Positions 35,451 to 45,211 of a stretch of 64,000 nucleotides of DNA are shown here, in pieces (the stretch's first letter is position 1; each line of letters starts with the position of its first letter). The notes under the pieces were generated by a model, which worked only from the letters and a program-made list of their open reading frames with translations, had not been told where the DNA came from and did no database searches. The DNA comes from an uncultured bacterium (GTDB lineage: Bacteria > SAR324 > NAC60-12), in the NCBI GenBank assembly GCA_965662235.1, contig CBFIGY010000002.1, positions 64,001 through 128,000 on the forward strand, in the 5' to 3' direction. Made by a program: the position numbers and the translations under genes.

Positions 35451-37455
35451 GGTGAAGGAAGAAGTCAGCCCGCGAGCGCTCCTTCTGCACCTCCTTTTGC
35501 TGCTCAGACGCTTCGCCCACCGGAGGAACCGTGAAGAGGTTTTCCGGAATTTCACTGAGGAACCGTGATGGCTGCTGCGGAATGACCTCGCCGTACCGCT
35601 TCCGGGCCTTGCCCATGGAAAACGTCAGCTCCTGTCGAGCCCGGGTGATGCCCACGTAACACAGGCGCCGCTCCTCATCCTCACCTCCGGTGTCAACGGT
35701 CCGTGGACTTGGAAACACGCCCTCCGCCATGCCGATCATGAACACAAACGGGAACTCCAGTCCTTTGGCACTGTGTAGCGTCATCAGCGTCACCTGGTTG
35801 TTTCCAGAGTCGGCTTCATTGTCTCGCTCGGTAAAGAGCATGATGCGCTCTAGGTACTCCCCAAGGGTCCGCTCCGGGTTGTCGTCGGCGTACCGGCGCA
35901 CCCCATTGACGAGCTCCCGGACACAGTTGAGCTTGCGCTCCCGGGTTTTCGGGTCGCCCTTCTGGTGCTCCAAAAAGTGGACGTAGCCGACCTGTTCCAG
36001 CAGTTCCGCAAAGACGGATCCCAGGTGCCCGGTTTCGAAACGTTGCCGGAAGTCATCAATGAGCCAGGCGAAGGCCTCCATGGACGCTGCAGCATCCCGG
36101 TGAATTTCGGGGTACCGGCGAGCCTTCCGAAGGATCTCAAACAGCGTCGCGTGCCGGGTTCGGGCCAACTCGTTCGCCTGCATCAGAGACGTTTTGCCAA
36201 TTCCTCGGCGCGGCATGTTGATGATGCGGTGCAGACCAACTTCGTCACGCGGGTTGTGAATGACCTTGAGGTACGCCAAGGCGTCACGCACCTCCTGCCG
36301 CTCATAAAAGCTGGTGGATCCGACCACCCGATACGGAATGCGGCTCTCCCGTAGCGCCTCCTCCACGGCACGCGCCTGAAAGTTCGAGCGGTAGAGAATG
36401 GCAAAGTCGCCATAGTCGTGCCCGTTCCGGAGGGCATTCATGCGGATCCGGCGGACCACCGTCTCCAGCTCCTGCTCCTCATTTTCGGCCTCCACCCAGT
36501 CGATCAGCGCGCCTCCCGGCTTCTCGCACCACAGCTGCTTCGGCATCCGCTGGGCGTTGTTGGCAATGACCGCATTGGCGGCGGCCAGGATGACTTCGGT
36601 GGAACGGTAGTTCTGCTCCAAACGGATCACGGACACCTGGGGGTAGTCCTCTTCCATGCTGAGGATGTTCCGGACGTCGGCTCCTCGCCAGGCGTAGATC
36701 GACTGATCGTCGTCTCCCACCACACAGAGGTTCTGATGAAAGTGCGTCAGGTGCCGGAGGAGGCGGTACTGCACCCGGTTGGTGTCTTGGTACTCATCCA
36801 CCATCAGGTAGCGCCAGCGCTCCTGCACCGAACGCATCTGCTCCGGATGCTTCTCAAACAGCTCCAGGGTCAGGTTGAGGATGTCATCAAAATCAACCGC
36901 GTTGCAGCCCTTCAGGGTCTGCTGGTACTCTTGATAAAGGCGCCCCAGGGTCTGCGCCCGGGGGCTGTCTTGCTGGTCGAGAAAGTGTTCGGGACCTTGC
37001 CCGCTGTTCTTGGCCTGACCAATCTCAAAGTGGGCGCCTTTAGCGTCAATCAGTCCGTCATCGTCAAAGCCGTTGTCCTCCATGATGGACTTCAGCAGCG
37101 ATACCTGGTCGTGGCTGTCGTAGATGATGAAGTTGGGACGGTACCCGAGGTGCTCAATCTTTTCCCTCAGGATGCGGACGCCCAGGGAGTGGAAGGTGCT
37201 CAGCTGAACACCTCGGCCTTGCTCTCCCAGAAGGCTCTTGAGACGTTCCTGCATCTCGTTGGCCGCCTTGTTGGTAAAGGTGACTCCAAGGATCTGCTGG
37301 GCCGGAACCCGCTTGGCGTCAATGAGGTAGGCAATGCGGTGGATGATGACTCGGGTCTTGCCGCTTCCGGCACCAGCTAGGACCAAAACCGGCCCGCGTG
37401 TGGTGGTAACGGCTTCCCGCTGTCGGGGGTTGAGCGAGTTGAGTAGGTTTTTCAC
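35428..37455 (-). CDS. Rep/UvrD/PcrA-family SF1 DNA helicase (Rep-like short C-tail)
   Basis: LAGAGSGKT, DEYQD, VGDDDQSIY, QNYRS, TLHSAKGLEF, EERRLCYVGITRA; GTG start 37455. Confidence 0.95.
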   Translation of the reverse strand: MKNLLNSLNPRQREAVTTTRGPVLVLAGAGSGKTRVIIHRIAYLIDAKRVPAQQILGVTFTNKAANEMQERLKSLLGEQGRGVQLSTFHSLGVRILREKIEHLGYRPNFIIYDSHDQVSLLKSIMEDNGFDDDGLIDAKGAHFEIGQAKNSGQGPEHFLDQQDSPRAQTLGRLYQEYQQTLKGCNAVDFDDILNLTLELFEKHPEQMRSVQERWRYLMVDEYQDTNRVQYRLLRHLTHFHQNLCVVGDDDQSIYAWRGADVRNILSMEEDYPQVSVIRLEQNYRSTEVILAAANAVIANNAQRMPKQLWCEKPGGALIDWVEAENEEQELETVVRRIRMNALRNGHDYGDFAILYRSNFQARAVEEALRESRIPYRVVGSTSFYERQEVRDALAYLKVIHNPRDEVGLHRIINMPRRGIGKTSLMQANELARTRHATLFEILRKARRYPEIHRDAAASMEAFAWLIDDFRQRFETGHLGSVFAELLEQVGYVHFLEHQKGDPKTRERKLNCVRELVNGVRRYADDNPERTLGEYLERIMLFTERDNEADSGNNQVTLMTLHSAKGLEFPFVFMIGMAEGVFPSPRTVDTGGEDEERRLCYVGITRARQELTFSMGKARKRYGEVIPQQPSRFLSEIPENLFTVPPVGEASEQQKEVQKERSRADFFLHLKQMKAG

Positions 37456-37555
37456 AGACGGAGTGCGCTTCCTTGCGGTTTCCGGAAATTTGATGGACCC
37501 TCTTATGTTCCTCAATGCGTTGAAACCCGTCAAGTCTCAAACCCCAGGGCCGTTT

Positions 37556-37966
37556 ATGCCGCAGATGAATCGTGAAGAACTTCAGCACCTCCTGCAGCAA
37601 GAGTTCCCTCAGAGCGAGGTTGTGGTGGAAGCCGTGGGGCCTTACTCCTCAGTGGTCCGGATTCCCATTCAGGAACACCACCTGCGTCCAGGAGGAACGG
37701 TTTCGGGTCCCACCATGATGCTGCTGGCAGATACTGCCATGTACGTGGCCATCCTCGGCGAGCTGGGCCCTCTGCTGCTTGCGGTCACCACCAACCTGAA
37801 CATCAACTTCATGCACAAACCTGCCGCCGGTTGCGACCTGGTCGGTGAGTGTACGCTGTTCAAGATCGGCAAGCGCCTCGCTGTCGGAGAGGTGTCCATT
37901 CACTCAGCCGGACACCCGGAACTCGTGGCTCATGTCACCTGCACCTACTCCCTGCCTCCTCGCTGA
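37556..37966 (+). CDS. PaaI-family thioesterase
   Basis: HLRPGGTVSGPTMM.LAD, AVTTNLNINF. Confidence 0.9.
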   Translation: MPQMNREELQHLLQQEFPQSEVVVEAVGPYSSVVRIPIQEHHLRPGGTVSGPTMMLLADTAMYVAILGELGPLLLAVTTNLNINFMHKPAAGCDLVGECTLFKIGKRLAVGEVSIHSAGHPELVAHVTCTYSLPPR

Positions 37967-37972
37967 CGGACC

Positions 37973-38878
37973 ATGCCCCTTCTCTTCCGCAACCGTTCAT
38001 CGGCTCACCTGCTGAGACTGGGGGGCCTGCTGCTGATCCTGTGGCTCGCGGGCTGCCAGTCGCTGTTTTACTACCCCTCACAGCGCCGGTTCTTCACTCC
38101 GGAGATGTTTGGCGACTCCTATGAGGCGGTCTCCTTCACCACGGCCGATGAGGTGCGCCTGCACGCTTGGTACGTGTACGGCAAGCAGCGTCCGGCCCGG
38201 GGCTCGGTGTTGTTTTTTCATGGAAACGCCCACAACATCAGCCACTACTACCTCACGGCCAAGGGCTTTGTGGAAGCGGGCTACAACGTCCTGCTCTTTG
38301 ACTACCGCGGTTACGGCCTGTCGCAGGGAGACCCCAGTCCGGAAGGCTTGCTCGCCGATGCCGATGCTGCCTGGGAATACCTCCTTCAGCGTCCGGAGAC
38401 GCAGCCCGGGAAGATCGTTATCTTTGCGCAAAGCCTAGGCGGAGCCGTGGCTCTGGATTGGGTGGGACGACGACGTCCGGAAGACATCGCGATGGTGGTT
38501 TCGGAATCCGCCTTTTCGTCTTACACGAAAATTGTGCAGGAAAAGCTGAACCCACTTGGAGTCATCCGGATCTTCCGCAAACCCATTGCGCAGACGTTCT
38601 TTGACGACACGCATGCGCCCGTCGATTGGGTCGAGCGCATTTCGCCCATTCCCCTGCTGCTGGTGCACGGCACCGCAGACCCCATTGTGCCTTACGCCAA
38701 CGTGGAGCGCCTGTTTGACGCTGCTGCTGATCCGAAGCTCCTCTGGACCATTGAAGGGGGCGGACACATCCAGATGCTGTCACGCTTCGGAGGCGAGTAC
38801 TGGCCGAGGCTGATCCGCCTCCTCGACCTGATGATGGAAGACGGCACTGCGGATGAAACCTGGGCGCTGCTTCCTTAA
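37973..38878 (+). CDS. Alpha/beta hydrolase lipoprotein (YfhR-like)
   Basis: LAGC lipobox, FHGNA, DYRGYG, AQSLGG, HGTAD. Confidence 0.9.
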   Translation: MPLLFRNRSSAHLLRLGGLLLILWLAGCQSLFYYPSQRRFFTPEMFGDSYEAVSFTTADEVRLHAWYVYGKQRPARGSVLFFHGNAHNISHYYLTAKGFVEAGYNVLLFDYRGYGLSQGDPSPEGLLADADAAWEYLLQRPETQPGKIVIFAQSLGGAVALDWVGRRRPEDIAMVVSESAFSSYTKIVQEKLNPLGVIRIFRKPIAQTFFDDTHAPVDWVERISPIPLLLVHGTADPIVPYANVERLFDAAADPKLLWTIEGGGHIQMLSRFGGEYWPRLIRLLDLMMEDGTADETWALLP

Positions 38879-38884
38879 CTTCTC

Positions 38885-39844
38885 ATGACGCCTCTCACCT
38901 TCACCTGCAACGAATCCGGCATTCGCCTGGACCGTTTTCTGGGCAATCAGCCTGAGATCGCCTCCCGGTCCGCCGCTCAACGGCTGCTGCAGGAAGGGGC
39001 GGTCACACACAACGGAGTTCTCCAACACGAAGCCTCACTGCGGCTGCAGTCCCAGGACCAGGTGGTAGTGTGTCTTCCGGAGCCAGAAACCTGGGAAGTC
39101 CTTCCGGAGGCAGGAGACCTAGAGGTGCTGCATGAAGACGCGGCGCTGATTGTGGTCAACAAACCGGCAGGACTGGTCACGCACCCGGCGCCCGGACACG
39201 CTTCCGGAACCCTGGTCAACTACCTGCTGCACCACTGCCAGGACCTGACCGGAGTCGGCGGTTACCTGCGTCCCGGAATTGTGCACCGCCTCGATAAAGA
39301 CACCTCTGGCATCCTTGTGGTCGCTAAAAACGACTCCGCGCACCAGGGTCTGACGGAGCAGTTTCGGCAACACTCCGTCAAGCGGCAGTACCAGGCGGTG
39401 GTGTGGGGACGGGTGAAGGACGCCCAAGGAGTGGTGGATGCTCCTCTGGGGCGGCACCCTGTTCGTCGCAAGGAAATCGCTGTGCAGGAGCGAGGACGAC
39501 GCGCGGTGACCCACTGGCGTGTGACGGAACGCTTTTCCCAGCTGACCCGTCTGGCCTGCCGGTTGGAAACGGGGCGGACGCACCAGATCCGGGTTCACCT
39601 GACGCACCTCGGCCATCCCCTGTTGGGCGACCCGCAATATGGACGCTCTCCCCTCAACCGCCTCTCCGGCCTGTCTCCTCAGCTAAGGCAAACGCTCGCC
39701 GAGTTTCCACGGCAAGCCCTGCATGCCGAACTGCTCGGCTTCCGCCACCCCATCTCCGGAGACCTGATGGAGTTTCGCACTCCGCTTCCCGCTGATTTTC
39801 AGGCGCTGCTGGAGGTCCTGCGGGCCGAAGGAACGCCGTCCTAA
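38885..39844 (+). CDS. rluD: 23S rRNA pseudouridine synthase (RluA family, RluD)
   Basis: S4 domain RLD, NKPAG, GIVHRLDKDTSG, LETGRTHQIRVH, RQALHA. Confidence 0.93.
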   Translation: MTPLTFTCNESGIRLDRFLGNQPEIASRSAAQRLLQEGAVTHNGVLQHEASLRLQSQDQVVVCLPEPETWEVLPEAGDLEVLHEDAALIVVNKPAGLVTHPAPGHASGTLVNYLLHHCQDLTGVGGYLRPGIVHRLDKDTSGILVVAKNDSAHQGLTEQFRQHSVKRQYQAVVWGRVKDAQGVVDAPLGRHPVRRKEIAVQERGRRAVTHWRVTERFSQLTRLACRLETGRTHQIRVHLTHLGHPLLGDPQYGRSPLNRLSGLSPQLRQTLAEFPRQALHAELLGFRHPISGDLMEFRTPLPADFQALLEVLRAEGTPS

Positions 39845-39932
39845 GGTCCCTCGCACGACAAAACTTCCCATTTGGCCTCTTCTGGCTTTTTTGCTACAGT
39901 GGCGCTGGACAACCCTTGGTAGGAGGTCGCCC

Positions 39933-40166
39933 ATGCGTTCCACGCCCGCAGTCACCTTGGTTGAGGTCCAAGAAGGAGCCCACCTCGAGCCCCTGTACTT
40001 CTGGCCTCCTGACTTTCCGCAGTTGCTCCATCGGGTTCGTTCCGGATGGCGCCCGGCTTCCCTCTTGATCCGCTACGCAGACAATCGGCACCACGGACGC
40101 GTTGTGCTTCCAGATCAGGTGCCTGAATTCCCCACCTGGCTGACTCGAGAACTGCACCCGTCGTAA
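39933..40166 (+). CDS. Small hypothetical protein (77 aa)
   Basis: Strong AGGAGG RBS before ATG; fills the gap between rluD and phoB. Confidence 0.55.
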   Translation: MRSTPAVTLVEVQEGAHLEPLYFWPPDFPQLLHRVRSGWRPASLLIRYADNRHHGRVVLPDQVPEFPTWLTRELHPS

Positions 40167-40199
40167 CCTCGCCTCTCTTTTGAAAGGGTCCCCCGGAGT

Positions 40200-40227
40200 C
40201 CTAACTTCATCTTAACAAAAAACTAAT
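40200..40227 (+). promoter_or_regulatory. Pho-box-like triple direct repeat, 11-bp period
   Basis: CCTAAC (40200), CTTAAC (40211), ACTAAT (40222) upstream of phoB. Confidence 0.6.
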
Positions 40228-40273
40228 GATGAGCAGCGAAACTAGGAGCTTTGTTAATTTGAATGAGGATCTC

Positions 40274-40969
40274 ATGAGCAAACCAATCATTTTGGTGGTC
40301 GAGGACGAAGAGGACATTTTGGAGTTGGTCCGGTACAACCTCGAGAAGGAGGGCTACCAGGTGGTCAGCGCTCTCTCCGGGGAAGAGGCGCGCCCGCTGG
40401 TGACCCAAAAGAATCCGGACCTCATCCTACTGGACCTGATGCTTCCGGGAATTGGTGGACTAGACCTCTGCCGCATCCTGAAGCAGAGCGAGAAGACGCG
40501 ACATATTCCGGTGGTCATGCTGACGGCCAAGAGCGAGGATGCAGACGTTGTTTCGGGACTGGAGATGGGCGCCGATGACTACATCACCAAACCCTTCAGC
40601 CCACGGGTGCTGCTGGCTCGGGTCCGGACGGTGCTCCGGCGTCGTACTGGCTCAGAAGTGGTTGGGGAGGAAGCCACCCTGAGCGTTGAGGGGCTCCGCA
40701 TCCATCCCGGACGCCATGAGGTCAGCCTCGACGACGAAACCCTGCACCTCACCCTCACGGAGTTCAAGATTCTGCACTTCCTAGCCCGGCACCCCGGATG
40801 GGTCTACACCCGGGATCAGATCATTGATGCCGTCCGAGGGGAAGACTATGCGGTCACCGACCGTGCCATTGACGTGCAGATCGTCGGCCTTCGCAAGAAG
40901 CTCGGCACGCGCGGCACCCTCATTGAGACGGTCCGAGGCATCGGCTATCGCTTCAAAGATCGAGATTGA
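40274..40969 (+). CDS. phoB: PhoB/PhoP-type OmpR-family response regulator
   Basis: VVEDE, LDLMLP, GADDYITKPF, DRAIDVQI..LRKKL, IETVRGIGY; adjacent to phoR. Confidence 0.88.
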   Translation: MSKPIILVVEDEEDILELVRYNLEKEGYQVVSALSGEEARPLVTQKNPDLILLDLMLPGIGGLDLCRILKQSEKTRHIPVVMLTAKSEDADVVSGLEMGADDYITKPFSPRVLLARVRTVLRRRTGSEVVGEEATLSVEGLRIHPGRHEVSLDDETLHLTLTEFKILHFLARHPGWVYTRDQIIDAVRGEDYAVTDRAIDVQIVGLRKKLGTRGTLIETVRGIGYRFKDRD

Positions 40970-40971
40970 CC

Positions 40972-42465
40972 ATGAAACGTCCCCGCCTGTATCACATGCT
41001 CTGGTTTGTGTTTTTGGCCATCAGCGCTCTGCTGCTGCTTGTCCTAGGACGCCTGTGGGGCATGCTCGATCAGTTGCCCACCGCACAGGCAAAACTGCTC
41101 CGGACCGAGTTGCTGCTGGGCGTTGGCGGGGTGCTGGTGTTGGGAGCCTTGAGCGTCGAGCTGCTCTCTCGGAACCTCAAGCGGCACCTGCGCCGCTTCC
41201 GGGACTCGCTTCAGGACCTGCAGTCCGGACGCCTAGAAAGCAGTCGCCTGCCGATTCCGGAGCACCGGGAGCTCGCGGAACTGGCGACGCTGCTCAGGGG
41301 CCTTCTGCAAGAACGGGAACAGAAGCTCGCGTTGCAGAAAAGCCGGAGTGAGGAACAGAGTTCTCTGCTGGATGGACTCATGGAAGGCTTTGTGGCAGTC
41401 GATCTCCAGTTTCGCATCACCCGTACCAACAAGGCGGCTGCTCGCCTCCTGCACTTCCCATACGAAGAAGCCTTTGGCCGAGACTTTCGGGAAATCATTC
41501 GGAACTTCCGGCTGCACAAAAGCATGGAGCAGCTCATCCGAGGAGAGTCGCTGGAAGAAACGGATGTTCAGCTCATGGTTGAAGATGAGGAACTCTTCCT
41601 CCGCATCAACGGCACCACCTTGCGAGACGCTCAGGGCCTCCGCTCCGGAGCCTTGATTCTCTTCTCCGACATCACCCGCCTCCAACGCCTAGAGACCATC
41701 CGTCGGGACTTTGTGGCCAACGTTTCCCACGAATTGAAAACCCCCATCACCTCGGTGAAGGGCGCTGTGGAAACCCTGCTGGCAGGGGCACTGGAGGAGC
41801 CTGAAGTCGCCCGCCGCTTTCTGGGCATTGCCGAACGGCACGCTGACCGGCTGAACGCCATCATCGACGACCTCCTGATCCTGTCCCGCATTGAGCAAGG
41901 CGAGCCCGGGAAGGCCCTGGAGCTTTCCTGGCACCAGCTTTCCAATGTGGTTCACCAGGCGGTTCAGACCTGTGAACTCAAGGCCCAGCCCAAGGGCATT
42001 CAGCTGGTGGAAGAATGTCCGGACGACCTGCAGGGGTACATCAATCCGCCACTGCTGGAGCAGGCCTTGGTCAACCTTGTGGACAACGCGATCAAGTACA
42101 GCGAGCCTGACACACAGGTCACCATCCGGGTCTACCGAGAACAAGCGCACCTGTTCCTCGTTGTGCAGGATCAGGGTCTCGGCATTGAAGCCAAGCACCT
42201 AGAGCGTCTCTTTGAGCGCTTCTACCGAGTCGACAAGGCCCGGAGCCGCAAGGTGGGAGGCACCGGACTGGGACTCGCCATTGTCAAGCACATCGCTCAA
42301 GCGCACGGAGGCCGCATCCTCGTGTCCAGCCTTCCTGGAAAAGGAAGCCGTTTCAGCCTTGAGATCCCTTCTCCCCTCCCTCTTTCTGAGCCTCTTTCCG
42401 CCACTCCTTCAGCCTCCTATCAAACGGCTGAACACACTGATTTCCCAGAAAGTATCTCCTCCTAA
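40972..42465 (+). CDS. phoR: PhoR-type sensor histidine kinase (TM, PAS, HisKA, HATPase)
   Basis: RRDFVANVSHELKTP, FERFYRVDKARSRKVGGTGLGLAIVKHI. Confidence 0.88.
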   Translation: MKRPRLYHMLWFVFLAISALLLLVLGRLWGMLDQLPTAQAKLLRTELLLGVGGVLVLGALSVELLSRNLKRHLRRFRDSLQDLQSGRLESSRLPIPEHRELAELATLLRGLLQEREQKLALQKSRSEEQSSLLDGLMEGFVAVDLQFRITRTNKAAARLLHFPYEEAFGRDFREIIRNFRLHKSMEQLIRGESLEETDVQLMVEDEELFLRINGTTLRDAQGLRSGALILFSDITRLQRLETIRRDFVANVSHELKTPITSVKGAVETLLAGALEEPEVARRFLGIAERHADRLNAIIDDLLILSRIEQGEPGKALELSWHQLSNVVHQAVQTCELKAQPKGIQLVEECPDDLQGYINPPLLEQALVNLVDNAIKYSEPDTQVTIRVYREQAHLFLVVQDQGLGIEAKHLERLFERFYRVDKARSRKVGGTGLGLAIVKHIAQAHGGRILVSSLPGKGSRFSLEIPSPLPLSEPLSATPSASYQTAEHTDFPESISS

Positions 42466-42641
42466 GTAGAATTCCCTATGGCAGGCAGGGGCGTATTTCG
42501 AAATTCTAGAAATACTGCAAACCTTCATTAGGGAGTGTTTGCTCCTGTTTTATTCCCTCTGAGCTTGCGAAGCTTCGGCTCCTCTTTCAGAGCCGGCGGA
42601 GAGCCGGAACTGAGCTTGCTATTTTTTCAAGAGGTCATGCC

Positions 42642-43157
42642 ATGCTCGAAGCTTCTACACTTACCCCTGCATCAACGCTGGAAGATTTGACGCACTCCCC
42701 GCCCATCTTGTCGATCCAACGGATTCTTGTTCCCACCGACCGCACGCCTGAGTCCCTGGCAGCGTTGTGCTATGCCAATGCCCTCGGTCAGCAACACGGG
42801 GCCGAGGTTCTGCTGCTCCATGTCTATGAGCGCACACGCGAAATGGAATGGAGCCACGAGCCCGGAAGCACAGCACCTTCTGAAAGCGACCTTGAGCACT
42901 TCGAGGGGCTCCGAAGTCGTTTGCTGCCCAACGCGTCCTTGGCCTTCGCCGAAGGGGACCTGGTTTCGGAAATCATCCGATTTGCCCGAGAGTCTCAGGC
43001 GGACCTGATCATCTTGGGTAGTCACGGTTACAAAGGGTTGGCCTACAGCATGAAAGGGAGCGTGGCCGAAAAGGTCATGCGCTACGCCTCCTGTCCAGTG
43101 CTGTGCGTCAAGAGTGACGCGCCTCACCTGAGCAACGAGGCGCTCGTTCAAGCCTGA
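42642..43157 (+). CDS. Universal stress protein (UspA family)
   Basis: RILVPTD, DLIILGSHG, GSVAEKV...CPVL. Confidence 0.92.
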   Translation: MLEASTLTPASTLEDLTHSPPILSIQRILVPTDRTPESLAALCYANALGQQHGAEVLLLHVYERTREMEWSHEPGSTAPSESDLEHFEGLRSRLLPNASLAFAEGDLVSEIIRFARESQADLIILGSHGYKGLAYSMKGSVAEKVMRYASCPVLCVKSDAPHLSNEALVQA

Positions 43158-43162
43158 ACGCT

Positions 43163-44464
43163 TCAGTCCTTGGGGCGATAATCCACCACCCGCCGAGCCT
43201 TCCCCATGGAGCGCTCCACCTCTCCGACGTCCATCAGCTTGATCTCTGCGCTGATGCCAATCCGTCCCTTGATCTGATGCGCCAACCGGGCCTTGCTTTC
43301 CTTCAGCACATCGGCACCGCCTCCGTCCACTTTTGGCTCCACCAGCAGCGTCAGCGTGTCGAGCCGATCCTGTCGCCTTAGCTCAATCTGATAGTTGGGA
43401 GAGAGAACGGGATCCTCAAGCAGAATCTCCTCAATCTGCGTGGGGAACACGTTGACCCCCCGGATGATCATCATGTCATCCGAGCGTCCGGTCACCTTCT
43501 CCATGCGACGCATCACGCGTCCCACGCCGGGGAGCAGGCGCGTCAGGTCCCGGGTTCGGTAACGGATGATGGGAAAGGCCTCTTTGGTCAGAGACGTAAA
43601 CACCAATTCACCCTGCTGCCCATCTTCCAGAACCGCTCCCGTCTCCGGATCAATGACTTCCGGATAGAAGTGATCTTCCCAGATGTAGAGCCCCGATTTT
43701 TCTTCCACACACTCATTGGCAACCCCTGGGCCGATTACCTCAGAGAGGCCATAAATGTCCACCGCGTTGAGGTCAAAGGCCTGTTCAATCTCAACACGCA
43801 TCTTCGGAGTCCAGGGCTCTGCCCCAAAGATCCCGGTCTTGAGGGAGCAGGCTCGCGGGTCCAGCCCCTGCTTCCGGAACTCATCAGCAATCACCAGCAG
43901 ATACGACGGAGTGACCATGATGACGTCCGGCTGGAAGTCCTGGATCAGCTGCACCTGCCGCTCCGTCATCCCGCCAGACACCGGCACCACCGTGCAGCCC
44001 AGTCGCTCGGCGCCATAGTGAGCGCCCAGCCCTCCGGTGAACAGTCCGTAACCATAGGCAACGTGCACAATTTGTCCCGGACGCCCGCCGGCAGCCCAGA
44101 TGCTCCGAGCACACACGTCGGCCCAAACGTTCAGGTCATTTTGCGTGTACCCCACCACCGTGGGCTTCCCCGTGGTTCCACTTGACGCATGAACACGCGC
44201 CACTTGCTCACGAGGCACCGCGAACATGCCAAACGGGTAGTTGGCCCGCAGGTCGGCTTTTGCAGTGAAGGGAAACCGGCCCAGGTCCTGAAGCGACTGG
44301 CAGTCATCCGGATGAACCCCTGCTTCGTCAAAGGCCTTCCGGTAGTGCGGCACATTCTCATACGCTCGCCGCAAGGTGGTCTGCAACCGTTCCAGCTGCA
44401 ACGCCTGAAGCTCATCCGAGCTGGCCGTTTCAATGGGGTGTAGGGTCAGTGATTGCGGATCCAT
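43163..44464 (-). CDS. paaK: Phenylacetate-CoA ligase
   Basis: RVHASSGTTGKPTVVGYT, YGYGLFTGGLG, DIYGLSEVIGPGV, RYRTRD; GGAGG RBS before 44464. Confidence 0.93.
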   Translation of the reverse strand: MDPQSLTLHPIETASSDELQALQLERLQTTLRRAYENVPHYRKAFDEAGVHPDDCQSLQDLGRFPFTAKADLRANYPFGMFAVPREQVARVHASSGTTGKPTVVGYTQNDLNVWADVCARSIWAAGGRPGQIVHVAYGYGLFTGGLGAHYGAERLGCTVVPVSGGMTERQVQLIQDFQPDVIMVTPSYLLVIADEFRKQGLDPRACSLKTGIFGAEPWTPKMRVEIEQAFDLNAVDIYGLSEVIGPGVANECVEEKSGLYIWEDHFYPEVIDPETGAVLEDGQQGELVFTSLTKEAFPIIRYRTRDLTRLLPGVGRVMRRMEKVTGRSDDMMIIRGVNVFPTQIEEILLEDPVLSPNYQIELRRQDRLDTLTLLVEPKVDGGGADVLKESKARLAHQIKGRIGISAEIKLMDVGEVERSMGKARRVVDYRPKD

Positions 44465-44509
44465 GCATTCCTCCAACAGGTTAGACGCCTCCGGAGAGGG
44501 AGGCTTCAT

Positions 44510-45211
44510 TCAAAGCGAGAAGTAGTAGTTGATGAACAGCGCATGCAGCTGCGATCGCTCCAGCGCCGACTGATTGTTGCTCATTCCCAGCAGCCGTTGA
44601 GCATAAGAAGCCCGGTACATCAGCATCAGGCTTCTTGAAGGAAAATAAGCCACTCCTGCGCCGACTGCAAGGGACGCTTCATTCAGATACCCCTGAGACG
44701 TATCAGACAGCCGGACCCGGGAAAACTGAGGTCCAGCGCCTCCCATCAGGTGCCAATCCTTCCAACGCAGCGGGAACACGTTCCACCAAATGGTGTGCTG
44801 CTCCACTTCCACCTCCACCCCCGTGTTGCCCTCCAGCACCACGGGAGCGTCTAGGGTAATGAACGACAGGTGCCGTGTGTACTCTAGGGACTGGCGGTCC
44901 CAGAAAAAGCCTAGGTCGAAGCCAGCGCCATTGCTCAATCCTTCGCGGGAACGGACTTCGGGTTGCCCGTTCAGCGTCAATCCAACGTCCCGGAGTCCCA
45001 CACCAAAGTAAATGCCCACCCAAGGGACCGGGCGTCCTTCATTGAGAAAGCTTGGAGGCTCCGTGGGCTTGCGAAACGCTTCGCTGCGTTCTGCCATGGA
45101 AGGCTCTGACGCCTCAGGAGGAGGCTCGGCTTCCTGAGCCTGGACGCTGCTCAGGGTGAGCAACAGGATTCCGGCGATTCCCACCACGCCGTGTTTCCAC
45201 CAGAACCTCAC
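44510..45211 (-). CDS. Putative outer-membrane beta-barrel protein
   Basis: Signal peptide (VQA), alternating hydrophobic/aromatic strands, C-terminal INYYF. Confidence 0.6.
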   Translation of the reverse strand: MRFWWKHGVVGIAGILLLTLSSVQAQEAEPPPEASEPSMAERSEAFRKPTEPPSFLNEGRPVPWVGIYFGVGLRDVGLTLNGQPEVRSREGLSNGAGFDLGFFWDRQSLEYTRHLSFITLDAPVVLEGNTGVEVEVEQHTIWWNVFPLRWKDWHLMGGAGPQFSRVRLSDTSQGYLNEASLAVGAGVAYFPSRSLMLMYRASYAQRLLGMSNNQSALERSQLHALFINYYFSL

